A stretch of 63,266 bases of DNA, filler included, from Octopus bimaculoides (taxonomy: Eukaryota), in the NCBI RefSeq assembly GCF_001194135.2. It is 5 parts of 4 records of this genome, joined end to end, with 100 filler letters (N's around TTAATTAATTAA, not from the genome) between each part and the next. Parts side by side here need not be neighbours in the genome. Positions count along the whole stretch, not along the records: positions 13,502 to 28,462 come from NC_068991.1; positions 28,563 to 47,084 come from NC_069004.1; 3 more parts are not named here. One strand, written 5' to 3'. The translations under genes were made by a program, and so were the position numbers. Under the pieces are notes generated by a model. The model was given only the letters and a program-made list of their open reading frames with translations. It was not told the origin of the DNA and ran no database searches. Positions 24,074-37,244 of this stretch are shown in pieces; position 1 is the stretch's first letter, and every line of letters begins with the position of its first letter.

Positions 24074-24429
24074 ACACACGTGTGTATGTGTGTGTGTACA
24101 TGTCGGGCTTACAGTTTTCGTCTATCAAATTCATTTGGAAGCCATCGATTGGTCTCGGGGCTATAGTAGAAGCATATGCTTAAGGTGCCGCGCAGAGGGA
24201 TTAAACCTCAGACCTTGTTGTTGCAAAGTGGACTTCTTAGATACATACCCTCTGATTGTCTGATGGTCGCAGCTTATCGTCTTTAAAGGTCTCAGAACAG
24301 ATTGAGTAAAGTGGTCTTTACGCTTAAGATTGATTAAACCAGAAATAGATTTCATTAAAAATCTTCTCCATATGAGTTAGCCTGAGATTAAACAACAACA
24401 CTGACAATAACTTTTGAATAATAATTTAT

Positions 24430-24660
24430 CTAATTCTTTTTAATTTTGGCACAAGACCAGCAATTTCGGTTGTGGCGGAGTTAGTCAATTACATGCCTAT
24501 ACCACCCACCCCCGTGCTCAACTCGTCCTTCTTTTGTCGACTACAAAAGAATAAAAGGCAAAGTCGACATTGGCGGCATTCGAACTCAAAGCGAAAAGAC
24601 GGCTGAAAGGCTGTGCATCATTGTGCCCGACGTGATAACGGTTTTGCTAGCTCGTTGCCT
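24430..24660 (-). mobile_element. SINE family C, diverged
   Basis: aaaggcaaagtcgac...cgaactc...tgcccgacgtgataacg matches other family C copies. Confidence 0.65.
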
Positions 24661-25132
24661 TCTGGTAAGTAATAATAACAAGCGAACAATTGATTGGATA
24701 GGACGTTCACAAGTTGTTTAATGTAAACGTAGGTTGTGTAATAAAATGTGAAACTGTCAGTTTACAGGCGTTGTGGATGAAAAAAATAAAATGGTCGGTT
24801 AGTATCCTGATAAATTGCAAGAAATAAACTGAACAATTTTTCATTATGATTATATAATGTATTCCATATAAGGTATTTAGAATAGTGATATCTTACTTTT
24901 TGACTGCTATCATAAATAGTTTCACTTTGCTGGAATTGTTTGAACATAATTTTAGCAATATATATATGGAGAGTGGAGGCTGGTATGCTTAGGTGACTGC
25001 TGGTCTTCCATGAACTACCTTGCCCGGACTTGTGCTGTCGCATGGAACTTTCTAGGTGCAATCCTATGGTCACTCGTGACAGAAAGAGGTCTTTATCATG
25101 TATGCATGCATGTATGTGTGTATGTATGATCG

Positions 25133-25357
25133 TTTATTTTTACTTGTTTCAGTCCTTTGACTGCGATTATGTTGGAGTAACGCTTTGAAAGGTTTTAGAC
25201 GAACAAATCGACCCCAGGGTCTTTTTTTAAAGCCTAGTACTTATTCTATCGGCATTTTTTTGCTGTACCGCTAAGTTGCGGAGACATAAACACACCAACA
25301 CCGGTTGTCAAGCGGTGATGGGGGACAAACAGACACAAAAAACACACACACACATAG

Positions 25358-25400
<43 letters not shown>

Positions 25401-25566
25401 AACGACGGGCTTCTTTCAGTTTCCGTCAACCAAATCCACCCACAAGATTTTGGTCAGCCCGAGGCCATAGTAAAAGATACTTGCCCAAGATGCCACACAG
25501 AGGGACTGAACTTGAAACCATGTGACTGGGAAGCAAGCTTCTTACCACGCAACCACGCCTGCACCT
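25133..25566 (-). mobile_element. tRNA-derived SINE family B, full length
   Basis: Colinear with 22148-22560. Confidence 0.88.
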
Positions 25567-25594
25567 GGTACTTATTCTTAAAATAAGTAACTCT

Positions 25595-26460
25595 CGTGGA
25601 ATGTACCGCAGTATAGTTTGTTCTAACTCTCATCGTATCTACCAAAAGCCAATATGAGAAACTCTCATATTGGTTTTTGGCGCACGTTTAAGTGGGGATA
25701 AATATTACATCTCGGTATTAACACTGCCCTCTGTCGCTAATATATTCATTGATTCTCTGTCTAGCAGAGTTTCGGATTCAAAGTTTTAGTTTACTTCTCT
25801 CTAACATTCACCTGTTCTTTCTCAGGTCATATTTCCAGTCAGCCAAGAGAGAAGCGGAAAAGACTGACATATTACAAACGAGTTCAAAAACTAAGAATTC
25901 TTTTAAAATTACTCCGCACAAAGTCAAACGCATGACACCTGTTATTTCAGCAGTTGAATTCGGATTTTTGCTCTACTCAGCAATTAGATACGATGTCTTT
26001 ACCACAAGTTGTGGAAAGAAGACAGACTGAAGATTGTTAGCAGATGACTGCATGGATGGTACACTCGGCAGCAGAAGAGACACCAGTCCTTTAACCTAAA
26101 TCCTCACGACGTGGCACGAATATAGTGTTTAAGATCAAGACACTCTACTTTCAACTATGTGCAACCAGACAACTGTTAAGAGTGATTTATAGATTGACAG
26201 TGCATTCTGGCACTGTTTGGTATTCTATATATCGCTGATGGGAGATGCATCGCCGCTGCCTCTAGCGGTCGAGTGTCCACGCTGTAAGTAGCGTGGATTT
26301 ATCTCCTCACTAGCAAGAGCGCATTTCGCACAAAAAAACCAATGTGAATGTTTCTCTCATAGTAACTATCGCAGTATAGCTTGTTCTTATAGAACATCCA
26401 TGTCTAAGTGTGGATAAATATTACCTCTCAGTATTAATGTCGCCTCTGTCGCTAATATAT
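25595..26460. mobile_element. Unclassified element with terminal direct repeats, subterminal inverted repeat and hairpins
   Basis: Blocks 25607-25626/26370-26388 and 25689-25745/26405-26460 repeat directly; 18-bp hairpin 25642-25680; inverted counterpart 26327-26360. Confidence 0.5.
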
Positions 26461-27101
26461 ATTTTTTTTACTGCTAAATGATGTGATATAAAAAAAACTG
26501 AAGTCTGCTACTGTAGTCAGCAGTAACAGTCCTGTAAGTATATTGTTTGTTTGAACACTGAGTCCATCTTCTCCCACGGCAGGCCGCCTTTTTCTCAGGT
26601 GTAAGATTGGATGTTTGGATAATAAACTCAAGCTCGTAAAATACACAAAAGATATATAAATCAATGACACGTGAACAGAAGATGAGTCAGACTTCGTGTG
26701 TCTACGTGTGTGTGTATATATATATATGTGTGTGTGCGCGTGCGTGTCTGTTTGCGTGTGTTTGTGTGTGTGTGCGTGCGTGCGTGTGTGAGTGCGTGTG
26801 TGTATGTACGTGTGTGTTTGTGTGTCAAGACGATCGGCCAATGAATGATTGCAGTAACAAACACCAAATACAAAAAGCACAGAAGGACACATACTCATAC
26901 TCATTCATACGCACACAGTCACTCTATTCCCCTATACACAAACATACTTACACATGAATGCAATCAAACATGCACAGAAGCACGCATACACATGCACACG
27001 CATACACTCACACGTACCCACATAGACTCAGATACGTATGCACAGACGTGTGCGTGTACGTTTCTACACACACACACATATATATACATACACACACACA
27101 G

Positions 27102-27133
<32 letters not shown>

Positions 27134-27249
27134 GCATACGCATGTATGAGTTTATATATAGGTACATGAATCAATCAACATTCTCCCCTCCCATCTTCCA
27201 TTCATTTTTGTCTCTATTTATGTCTCCTGGCTAACAAAGATATCAAGTT

Positions 27250-27318
27250 TACTTCGCATTCTTCATCATCATCATAATCACCATCATCATCACCATCATC
27301 ATCATCATCATCATCATC

Positions 27319-27369
<51 letters not shown>

Positions 27370-27481
27370 GCCTTCGTCGTCGTTGTCTTCGTCGTCGTCT
27401 TCGTCGTTGTCATCATCATCATCATCATCACCACCATCTCCACCACCACCATCATTATCATCATCATCATCATTATCATCA

Positions 27482-27516
<35 letters not shown>

Positions 27517-27517
27517 T
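27250..27517. repeat. (ATC)n/(GTC)n compound microsatellite
   Basis: Directly visible. Confidence 0.95.
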
Positions 27518-27851
27518 ACATGTGTTGGTTATTGTTTGTGCCTTGGACGAGGTTGATCCGGTGAAAGGAATCCACATTAATTAATGACACCGAATATGTC
27601 TCGTACTAGTCCGGACGTGTCCGATACGGTAGCGCCATTGTCATGGCAACCAACATGCGTACGTATGTCTTAGTAACTCTATGCATGTGTAGGAGGTGTA
27701 TATGTGCAATACACACACACACACACACACATATAAGCATGTATTAATATTGATATATTGACATATATCTATCATTACATAGGTGTGTATTTTGATATAC
27801 AAATACACATCCACATACACAAACACACACATATATAATATATATGTATCA

Positions 27852-27950
<99 letters not shown>

Positions 27951-28304
27951 CATATGATGTGCGTATGTATGTATGCATGTATGCATGCATGTATACAGAA
28001 AAATACAACCACACATACACATACATATATATGAATTTACGTAGAGGTGATATATGTATATTTTGAAGTAAAAATAACTATCGTATGTGAGTGTGTACGT
28101 TTCTACACACACACACATATATACATACACACACACAGACACACACACATATATATATATGCATACGCATGTATGAGTTTATACATAAACAAAGAAAGAG
28201 TGAGAGAGAAAGAAAGAAAGAAAGAAAGAAAGAAAGTGACAGACAAATAGACACACAGGCACCTAGATAGAAAGAAAGCAAGATAGATAGATAGATAGAT
28301 AGAC

Positions 28305-28377
<73 letters not shown>

Positions 28378-28462
28378 CATTTCTTTTATTAGCCACACAG
28401 GGCTCAACGAAGATGGGACAAATACAATGTAGAGCTTTTCTTTTTGGGAGGGGGAAGGAAGG

Positions 28463-28562
28463 NNNNNNNNNNNNNNNNNNNNNNNNNNNNNNNNNNNNNN
28501 NNNNNNTTAATTAATTAANNNNNNNNNNNNNNNNNNNNNNNNNNNNNNNNNNNNNNNNNNNN
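28463..28562. other. Scaffold join with synthetic linker
   Basis: 44 N + TTAATTAATTAA + 44 N. Confidence 0.95.
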
Positions 28563-28681
28563 GTTTACACTCACATATACGCAAACGCACACACACTCAC
28601 TCACACACAAACAAACACATGCACATACACCCGCACAAACACATGTGCACACATACTGATACACGGAGACAAACACACACG

Positions 28682-28714
<33 letters not shown>

Positions 28715-29054
28715 TTACATACTTACGCTGTCATCGACACACGTGGAGACACACAATGCATACAAACACACACATGTACTGCACGTATGTATGTGTCACT
28801 ACATCTCTGTATGAATATGTAAATATACAGACATGCATACATACACACTCACACACATACATGCGCGCGCACACATGTGTAAGATAGAAAAACGGGTCTC
28901 TCTAATGAAGTTTTCGCACATAATGTCTCATCGTTTCTTTCTCCTTCCTTCCTTCTTTCCTTCCTTCCTTTCTCTTTTACACTTCACTCTTTTACTCTTT
29001 TACGTCGCACACAATGGCACATAATCTCAATTTACTTTCACTATCGCTCATGTG

Positions 29055-29108
<54 letters not shown>

Positions 29109-30574
29109 GCTCTATCTATATCTGTTTGTCTTATGTCTATCTGTCTGTTTGTCTGTCATATCATCATCATCATCATTATTATTATTATCATTATTATTAT
29201 TATTATTATTATCATTATTATTATCATTATCATCATTATTATCATCGTTATTATTATTATAATAAAGAGATTAATACCATGATTGTTACGAGGCAAAATT
29301 TTGTCTGTAATAATACTAATCACTGCATACTTCCTGCCTAAATAAGAGCAATAATCTGAAACGTTGAACCTTTTCATTTCTGACAACTGATCAACTCCTG
29401 CTTTTGCATCGACATGTTGTAAACGGAAGGTTGCAAACAGCTCAACCCACCGCTCACACAAGATTTAACCTTCCTAACACTCTTGTACGCTTTAGCGGGC
29501 ACGATTCCATTTGGTTATATCCTTGGAAAACTGAAAAGCGGGAGGCCACATCGTTTTTTTTTTTTCGTTTACGGCCGAAAATAACGATAAAAATGATGAT
29601 GTTTATGCTTTTGTGTGTTCCAAGGGAACAGCGAAATGAAATCGTGTCCGCTGAAGTGTACATGCGGTTTCAAAGCGTTAAGAGGAACTTTTAATATTTA
29701 TACCAATAAGGCAATAAATGAAAGGACCGTTATGACACGAAGTCGATAGGAAGTCCACACACTTGGCATTATCGAGTGATCGACCCAGTTGGCGAAGAAC
29801 ATCAAACTCCTGATCTGTGGACATTAAACATCCGATTGTATTATGTTGCAAAGTCTAACAGCCGACAGATGGCGGTCAGTGAAAGCGATCGAAATATCAA
29901 AACACTCACGAAAAACATCGAACGGTTGGGAAGTAGTGTTAAAGGTGAAATAAATAACGAATTCACAAGCGACCAGCTGAGACTTTATGTTAGATTATTT
30001 GAATCTATGGGAAATGTCAACACGAGACACTTACAAGTCAATTAATTGCCCTTAAGCGCAAACCACGAGCGGTAACATAAAAGTTTTGCCTTCCTATAAA
30101 GTTACAACGTAGGTGTTAAAAGCAGCCTTAAATTTACATTAAGTTCATAAACAGTATTTCGCCGAATGAAAGGCCTATGAACATCGAGGGGTTGTTATTG
30201 TTCGTTCCCAAGATGATCTGAAGTCATTCGTGAACGGGTTAATTTGGGATATAAATAAGAATTGAAGTTACGATGCTGTAAGGTTGGAAGTCATACTGAG
30301 AGAATGCTGTGCAAACAGCTCTTCAAAAATGTATAACATCGCCAGTGAAAGTCTCCTGAAAGTTGTGGCAGAACTATTGAATGAAAATCACCAGGAGGGG
30401 GCCCTGGCAATCGGATATTAGTATAGGAAGCATAAGCTTTACAAGGTACCTACTCTACTGTTAACCTGTTTTAAATAACAATGAACCCTGGAACTAAATG
30501 TGCTTGACAGGCTGAGAGCCAGTAAAGATTGTTTGCCAATATAACATGGCAGTCCTGGTTTAGGAACCCCAGCG

Positions 30575-30980
30575 TTCAACTGATGCTTATTTTATCGATA
30601 CCCCTCCCCTAAAAAAAAAAGTCGCCCTCGACGGAATTTGAACTCTGAACATAAAGACGGACGAAATACCGCTAAGAATTTTGCTCGGCGTGCTAACGAT
30701 TCTTATTTCTTAATTGCCCACAGGGGGCTAAACATAGAGGGGACAAACAAGGACAGATAAAGGGATTAAGTCGATTACATCGACTCCAGTGCGTAACTGG
30801 TACTTAATTTATCGACCGCCGAAAGGATGAAAGGCAAAGTGGACCTCGGCGGAATTTGAACTCAGAACGTAAAAACAGACGAAATACCGCTAAGCATTTC
30901 GTCCGTCGTTCCAACGACTCTGCCAGCTCGCTGCCTATCGGCGTGCTAACGTTTCTGCCAACTCGACACCTTCAGAACAA
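30575..30980 (-). mobile_element. Nested family C SINEs
   Basis: Full copy 30704-30937 splits an older copy (30575-30703 and 30938-30980); 19-bp duplicated target. Confidence 0.8.
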
Positions 30981-31686
30981 GGAAATTATTAACAGCCAGC
31001 CATTGGTAACATCCACAGCAACAGTAGCACTAACAAGCTCTGCGTTAGATTGAAAGACAGAGACAGAGAGTTTACGATCAGTTCAAACGGATTTTGATTG
31101 GCACGACACCTACTGAATAATAATAACAAGGAAAATGAAAAACGAGTACATCACATGGGTACTCAAACAGTGAGAACAACATCTTTCGCCGTGATTATTT
31201 TCACACAGAAACCAGTAAAAAAACCACACAGAACTAAATGAACAGAGAAGTCGTTCGTTGACCTCCTCCTCTCCCTTCTGCCCAGAACAGACTGGACATT
31301 AATCAGAGCTAAAGTTGCAACTCTTGATCACATCACATAATTATGTTGTATTGATTCATCATTCAACGCCAGACTTCTACTTTGATTAACTTTCCGCAAT
31401 CTTACAATTATTTATTTGTTCGTTTGTTTATTTATTTATTTATTTATTCATTCATTTATTTATTTATTCATTTAATTATTTTTGTTTTCGTTTCTTTATT
31501 TGTCTTGTTCTTTATTTCTTTCGTAAGTTTCTTTTGTATTTCTTTCTTGGTTTCCTCTTTTCTTCTTCCTTTTTTTTTGCATCTTTTGTATTGTCTTGTT
31601 TCTTTTCTCTCACTATTTTAAATCCGTCTCTCTGTCTGTCTCTCTGTTTGTCTATCTCTTTGCCTATCTATCTGTCTATCTATCTG

Positions 31687-31745
<59 letters not shown>

Positions 31746-31756
31746 GTTTTGTTTTT

Positions 31757-32132
31757 GTTGGCACTCCGCTGCTTACGACTTCGAGGGTTCCAGTTGATCC
31801 GATGAACGGAACAGCCTGCTCGTGAAATTAACGTGCAAGTGGCTGAGCACTCCACAGACACGTGTACCCTTAACGTAGTTCTCAGGGATATTCAGCGTGA
31901 CACAGTGTGACAAGGCTGACCCTTTGAATTACAGGTACAACAGAAAACAGGAAGTAAGAGAAAGTTGTGGTGAAAGAGTACAGCAGGGTTCGCCACCATC
32001 CCCTACCGGAGCCTCGTGGAACTTTAGTTGTTTTCGCTCAATAAACACTCACAACGCCCAGTCTTGGAATCGAAACCGCGATCCTATGACCACGAGTCCG
32101 CTGCCCTAACCACTGGGCCATTGCGCCTCCAC
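31757..32132 (-). mobile_element. tRNA-derived SINE family A, full length
   Basis: Minus-strand head gtggaggcgcaatggcccagtggttagg (A-box), ggtttcgattcc (B-box); flanked by (TATC)n. Confidence 0.9.
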
Positions 32133-32379
32133 ATCTATTTATCTATCTATCTATCTATGGAGAGGATTTTTTTCTTTCCATGGATAAACATCCCCATTTC
32201 TTGGGAACTTTTTGTTTATATTTATCTTTCTTGTACATACCCCAAACGTTTTCGATTCCTTTTGATCGTTGTCCCCAATTTTTTTTTCGCCCCCATCGAA
32301 AAGAAAAACTCTACATTGTATTTGTCCCATCTGTGTTCAGCCCTGTGTGGCTAATAAAGAAAGTTATCTATCTATTTAT

Positions 32380-32765
32380 GCAGGAATGGCTGTATGGTAA
32401 GTAGTTTGCTTACCAACCACATGATTCCGGGTTCAGGACTTAGTCTTTGTAAGTCTAGTACTTATTCTATCGGTCTCTTTTGCCGAACCGCTAAGTTACG
32501 GGGGACGTGAAACCTCGGATTTAGGAATGTTCGAGATTTTGTGTTTGATTTTGTAGCTGCCGACTCGCACCGCAACTGACAACCGGTGTTTGTTGTCTTA
32601 CGTCCCTGTGACCTAACTGTTGAGTAAAAGGACTCGATGGAATAAGTACCAAATTTCGAAGAAAAATATTAAAAGAACAAATTCTGGATTCGACTTGTTC
32701 GGTTAAGCCTTTCAAAGTGGCGCCCCAGCATGGCCGCAGAAGAATAACTGAAACAAGTGAAAAAG
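32380..32765 (+). mobile_element. Chimeric family B SINE with an inverted internal tail segment
   Basis: Head 32380-32436 (+), tail fragment 32437-32513 (-), diverged tail 32570-32765 (+). Confidence 0.65.
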
Positions 32766-32901
32766 AAAACAGAAAAAGAGAAAAGAAGAAAAGAAAAAGT
32801 AAAACAAGAACACAAGAACGAAACAGTATATTGTAATCTGGAAGTTAATTCCACCAAGGAAAATGGTTTAGAAAAGGTCAAAACGGGAGAAATAGTAGAA
32901 G

Positions 32902-33003
<102 letters not shown>

Positions 33004-34189
33004 NNNNNNNNNNNNNNNNNNNNNNNNNNNNNNNNNNNNNNNNNNNNNNNNNNNNNNNNNNNNNNNNNNNNNNNNNNNNNNNNNNNNNNNNNNNNNNNNN
33101 NNNNNNNNNNNNNNNNNNNNNNNNNNNNNNNNNNNNNNNNNNNNNNNNNNNNNNNNNNNNNNNNNNNNNNNNNNNNNNNNNNNNNNNNNNNNNNNNNNNN
33201 NNNNNNNNNNNNNNNNNNNNNNNNNNNNNNNNNNNNNNNNNNNNNNNNNNNNNNNNNNNNNNNNNNNNNNNNNNNNNNNNNNNNNNNNNNNNNNNNNNNN
33301 NNNNNNNNNNNNNNNNNNNNNNNNNNNNNNNNNNNNNNNNNNNNNNNNNNNNNNNNNNNNNNNNNNNNNNNNNNNNNNNNNNNNNNNNNNNNNNNNNNNN
33401 NNNNNNNNNNNNNNNNNNNNNNNNNNNNNNNNNNNNNNNNNNNNNNNNNNNNNNNNNNNNNNNNNNNNNNNNNNNNNNNNNNNNNNNNNNNNNNNNNNNN
33501 NNNNNNNNNNNNNNNNNNNNNNNNNNNNNNNNNNNNNNNNNNNNNNNNNNNNNNNNNNNNNNNNNNNNNNNNNNNNNNNNNNNNNNNNNNNNNNNNNNNN
33601 NNNNNNNNNNNNNNNNNNNNNNNNNNNNNNNNNNNNNNNNNNNNNNNNNNNNNNNNNNNNNNNNNNNNNNNNNNNNNNNNNNNNNNNNNNNNNNNNNNNN
33701 NNNNNNNNNNNNNNNNNNNNNNNNNNNNNNNNNNNNNNNNNNNNNNNNNNNNNNNNNNNNNNNNNNNNNNNNNNNNNNNNNNNNNNNNNNNNNNNNNNNN
33801 NNNNNNNNNNTGAGGTGAAGAGTATAGATAGGAGGTGGGGATGCGGGAAATAGAAAACTAATCGATGTATTGTTACGCTAGTATTCTAAAATTGATGCAG
33901 ATAAAATAAACCTGTCCTGTGTATAGGGAGGAAGGGGCTTGGTGAAAATAGACGAGCTATGATGGTGGATCTAAAATAATCAGAAATAAGCAAAAAGAGA
34001 TTGATTAATTTAATATAGAAACATGTAAAATATATATAAAAAAATAAAAATATATAAATAAATGAAATACGTTTATTTCTCTGTATTTATAGAAACGGTA
34101 GAAAAGGATAAGAAACAATAAGAAAAATAAAAATAGTTGAGAAAAGAACAAAGCAGTAATAAAAGATTTATAATCGTTTATCTTTTATC

Positions 34190-34400
34190 GTTTACTTTTA
34201 CCAGTTATTGGACTGCGATCATGCTGGAGCACCGTCGTGAAGTATTTAGACGAACGAATAGCACTCAGTACTTATTTTGAAGGCTGGTGCTTATTTTATT
34301 GTTCTTTTTTGCCGGAGTGCTAAGTTACGGTGACGTGTTTAAACCAGTATCCGTTGTCTAGTGGTTTGAGGTGGACACACACACACACACACACACAGAA
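34190..34400 (-). mobile_element. SINE family B tail, diverged
   Basis: gactgcgatcatgctggagcacc...gctaagttacgg matches 22148-22350. Confidence 0.7.
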
Positions 34401-35699
34401 CGACATAGACGGCATTCATATATAAGCGACATTCGCTTTCATAATCACGAAATGTCTCACCAACGCATATCAGCTTCCGGTCCACAGATGTCATGTATAC
34501 ATTCCTTATACCTTTTTTACTGCCACGACAGTGGCGCCTGTTTCCCCGATGTGGTTGGCTTCAAATCAACTCTCATGAATTCTTCGTGACTTACTCGTCT
34601 CTCCTTCTCTCGTCAGTCGCCGCTTGTAGTGAGTGGTAAGGATGATGATAATAGCGATGATGATGGTTATGATGATGATGATGATGATGATGAAGCTGAT
34701 GACGATGGTGATAATGGTGGTGGTGGTGATGGTGGTGACGACGATAATAATGATGGCGAGTGTGGTGATGGCAAGGAAGTTGTTTATGACGGCGATGTGA
34801 CGAATCAATCAATTTGTTAGCACTTCATTAATTCATCCATATGAAGTAGAGATGTATTAATAAGATATTAGCGCCGAGCTACATTTAATATTGGGCAACA
34901 ATCATATATGTATACATACATACATATATGTATATATATATATATATATNNNNNNNNNNNNNNNNNNNNNNNNNNNNNNNNNNNNNNNNNNNNNNNNNNN
35001 NNNNNNNNNNNNNNNNNNNNNNNNNNNNNNNNNNNNNNNNNNNNNNNNNNNNNNNNNNNNNNNNNNNNNNNNNNNNNNNNNNNNNNNNNNNNNNNNNNNN
35101 NNNNNNNNNNNNNNNNNNNNNNNNNNNNNNNNNNNNNNNNNNNNNNNNNNNNNNNNNNNNNNNNNNNNNNNNNNNNNNNNNNNNNNNNNNNNNNNNNNNN
35201 NNNNNNNNNNNNNNNNNNNNNNNNNNNNNNNNNNNNNNNNNNNNNNNNNNNNNNNNNNNNNNNNNNNNNNNNNNNNNNNNNNNNNNNNNNNNNNNNNNNN
35301 NNNNNNNNNNNNNNNNNNNNNNNNNNNNNNNNNNNNNNNNNNNNNNNNNNNNNNNNNNNNNNNNNNNNNNNNNNNNNNNNNNNNNNNNNNNNNNNNNNNN
35401 NNNNNNNNNNNNNNNNNNNNNNNNNNNNNNNNNNNNNNNNNNNNNNNNNNNNNNNNNNNNNNNNNNNNNNNNNNNNNNNNNNNNNNNNNNNNNNNNNNNN
35501 NNNNNNNNNNNNNNNNNNNNNNNNNNNNNNNNNNNNNNNNNNNNNNNNNNNNNNNNNNNNNNNNNNNNNNNNNNNNNNNNNNNNNNNNNNNNNNNNNNNN
35601 NNNNNNNNNNNNNNNNNNNNNNNNNNNNNNNNNNNNNNNNNNNNNNNNNNNNNNNNNNNNNNNNNNNNNNNNNNNNNNNNAACGTTTTGAAATATGAAA

Positions 35700-36100
35700 T
35701 TCAGCACAATATGTTTCAACAATGCGGAAATTCTATTCATCAAAGTACGTACCATTACAATCAACACATTTTTGCCAACGAGTTTGTTTTATTCGGGTAA
35801 CACAAAAATCTGGAATTCTGGAGCTGATGAATTCTTTGAATACACTTTCAGCATCGGTTTGATTTTTGATCTCCTTCGCTCGCAGGAAACCATGAAGGTG
35901 CTTGAAAAACGCAGTAGTAGGTAGGAGAAAGGTCTGGAGAATAAGCTGGGTGGGGAAGAACTTCGTAGCCAAGTTCCCTCAATTTTTGGAGAGTCATTAG
36001 TGAAACGTATGGTCAAGCATTGTCATGAAGAATTATTGGCCCTCTTCTGTTGACCAGTCTGCGACGGAGGAGAAGCAGATTTTTGTTCTTTTGTGCCGTA
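35700..36100 (-). pseudogene. Second mariner (Hsmar1-like) transposase C-terminal remnant
   Basis: Minus strand: GPIILHDNA*PYVS, LGYEVLPHPAYSPDLSPT, then shifted FFKHLHGFL...RWQKCVDCNGTYFDE*; the 3' TIR falls in the gap. Confidence 0.85.
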
Positions 36101-37164
36101 GACCATTTACCATTTCTGTGGTGCTTATTTTGCTTACTGGTGGGGACTCATAAAAGAAAAGCTTTGGATTAGTCAGAACGTATGAAACAAAGGCTCACTA
36201 AAAGTTTCAACACAAGCACGGACGTTTAGGAGAAACTTCTGAAAATTCTGTGGCACGACAAAGACTTAACGTTAACAGAATACCACACATTTCGACAAGT
36301 GGTGGCTGAAACAGATTAAACAAGCTCAATCCTTAAGTGGTATTTTATTTTATCAGCCCCTGGAGGATTAAAGGCAATATGGATGTCAAGAAAATTTATA
36401 ATTCTATACAGTTTTTGCGTTTCACCGGCATATTGATAATCCAAGCAAAAGATGTAGTTCGGTAATTTGGTATTTGGCAATAAACTGCTCTTGAAGTATG
36501 TTACAGGAAATAATTATCTGGTTAAATGAAGGATGGAAGAAAAAGCCTGAAGATAGAAAGGGGTGCCGATATGTAACGTAATTGTATTAATCATTCACAA
36601 ATGAAAATTACGAGGTTTTAGAAAAGCTTGTAACTCACCTTATCCATCCATTTATCTATCTACCTATCTATCTATCTATCTATCCATCTATCCATATATC
36701 TATCTATTTATCTATCTAGTCAAATCATTGAAATCCAAGAACTTAAGATTTATCAGCACGAAAATAAACTGGAACTGGGTGTGTTTTGAACTTAGAATGT
36801 AGTCATTCGTAACTAAACTATAAAGACTGCATACTGCAAAATATTACGTCTTTCGCTCTAGCAATTCTTAGGACTAGTGACCGGATTTTTTTTTGTTGGA
36901 GCAATTTATTATTATGAATTAATTCCTCTTAGAGAATTTTTTCATCCAATATTTTTAAAAGCAAGTAAAATTTCATATTACTAAAACACATATTGAGACA
37001 CCGATTTTCATATTTTTCTACCCATTAAAAAAGTATATTTCCATTTTATTTCCAGGTTTGAAATATAAAATTATTGACGCCTTCTTTTTTTGCGTTTTTT
37101 TTTACTCCAGTAATAATTTTTCAAAAATCCGAAATCGAATTCAAATAAAAATGCTAAGCATATA

Positions 37165-37244
<80 letters not shown>

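Noticed and set aside
25749-26030. 93-aa ORF with an acceptor-like ttctttctcag
   Set aside because: No recognisable homology, and it lies inside a repeat-bounded element.
26276-26313. Canonical Helitron 3' end (hairpin + CTAG 12 nt later)
   Set aside because: CTAG is followed by C, not T, and no matching 5' TC boundary was found; kept only within the broader 25595-26460 finding.
27637-27650. RFX X-box-like site (12/14 match)
   Set aside because: Single short motif with no identified gene or TSS; chance occurrence is plausible.
32070-32132. tRNA genes at A-box/B-box motifs (also 16432, 22500, 40207)
   Set aside because: SINE heads: no convincing full cloverleaf, and each continues into a shared repeat body.
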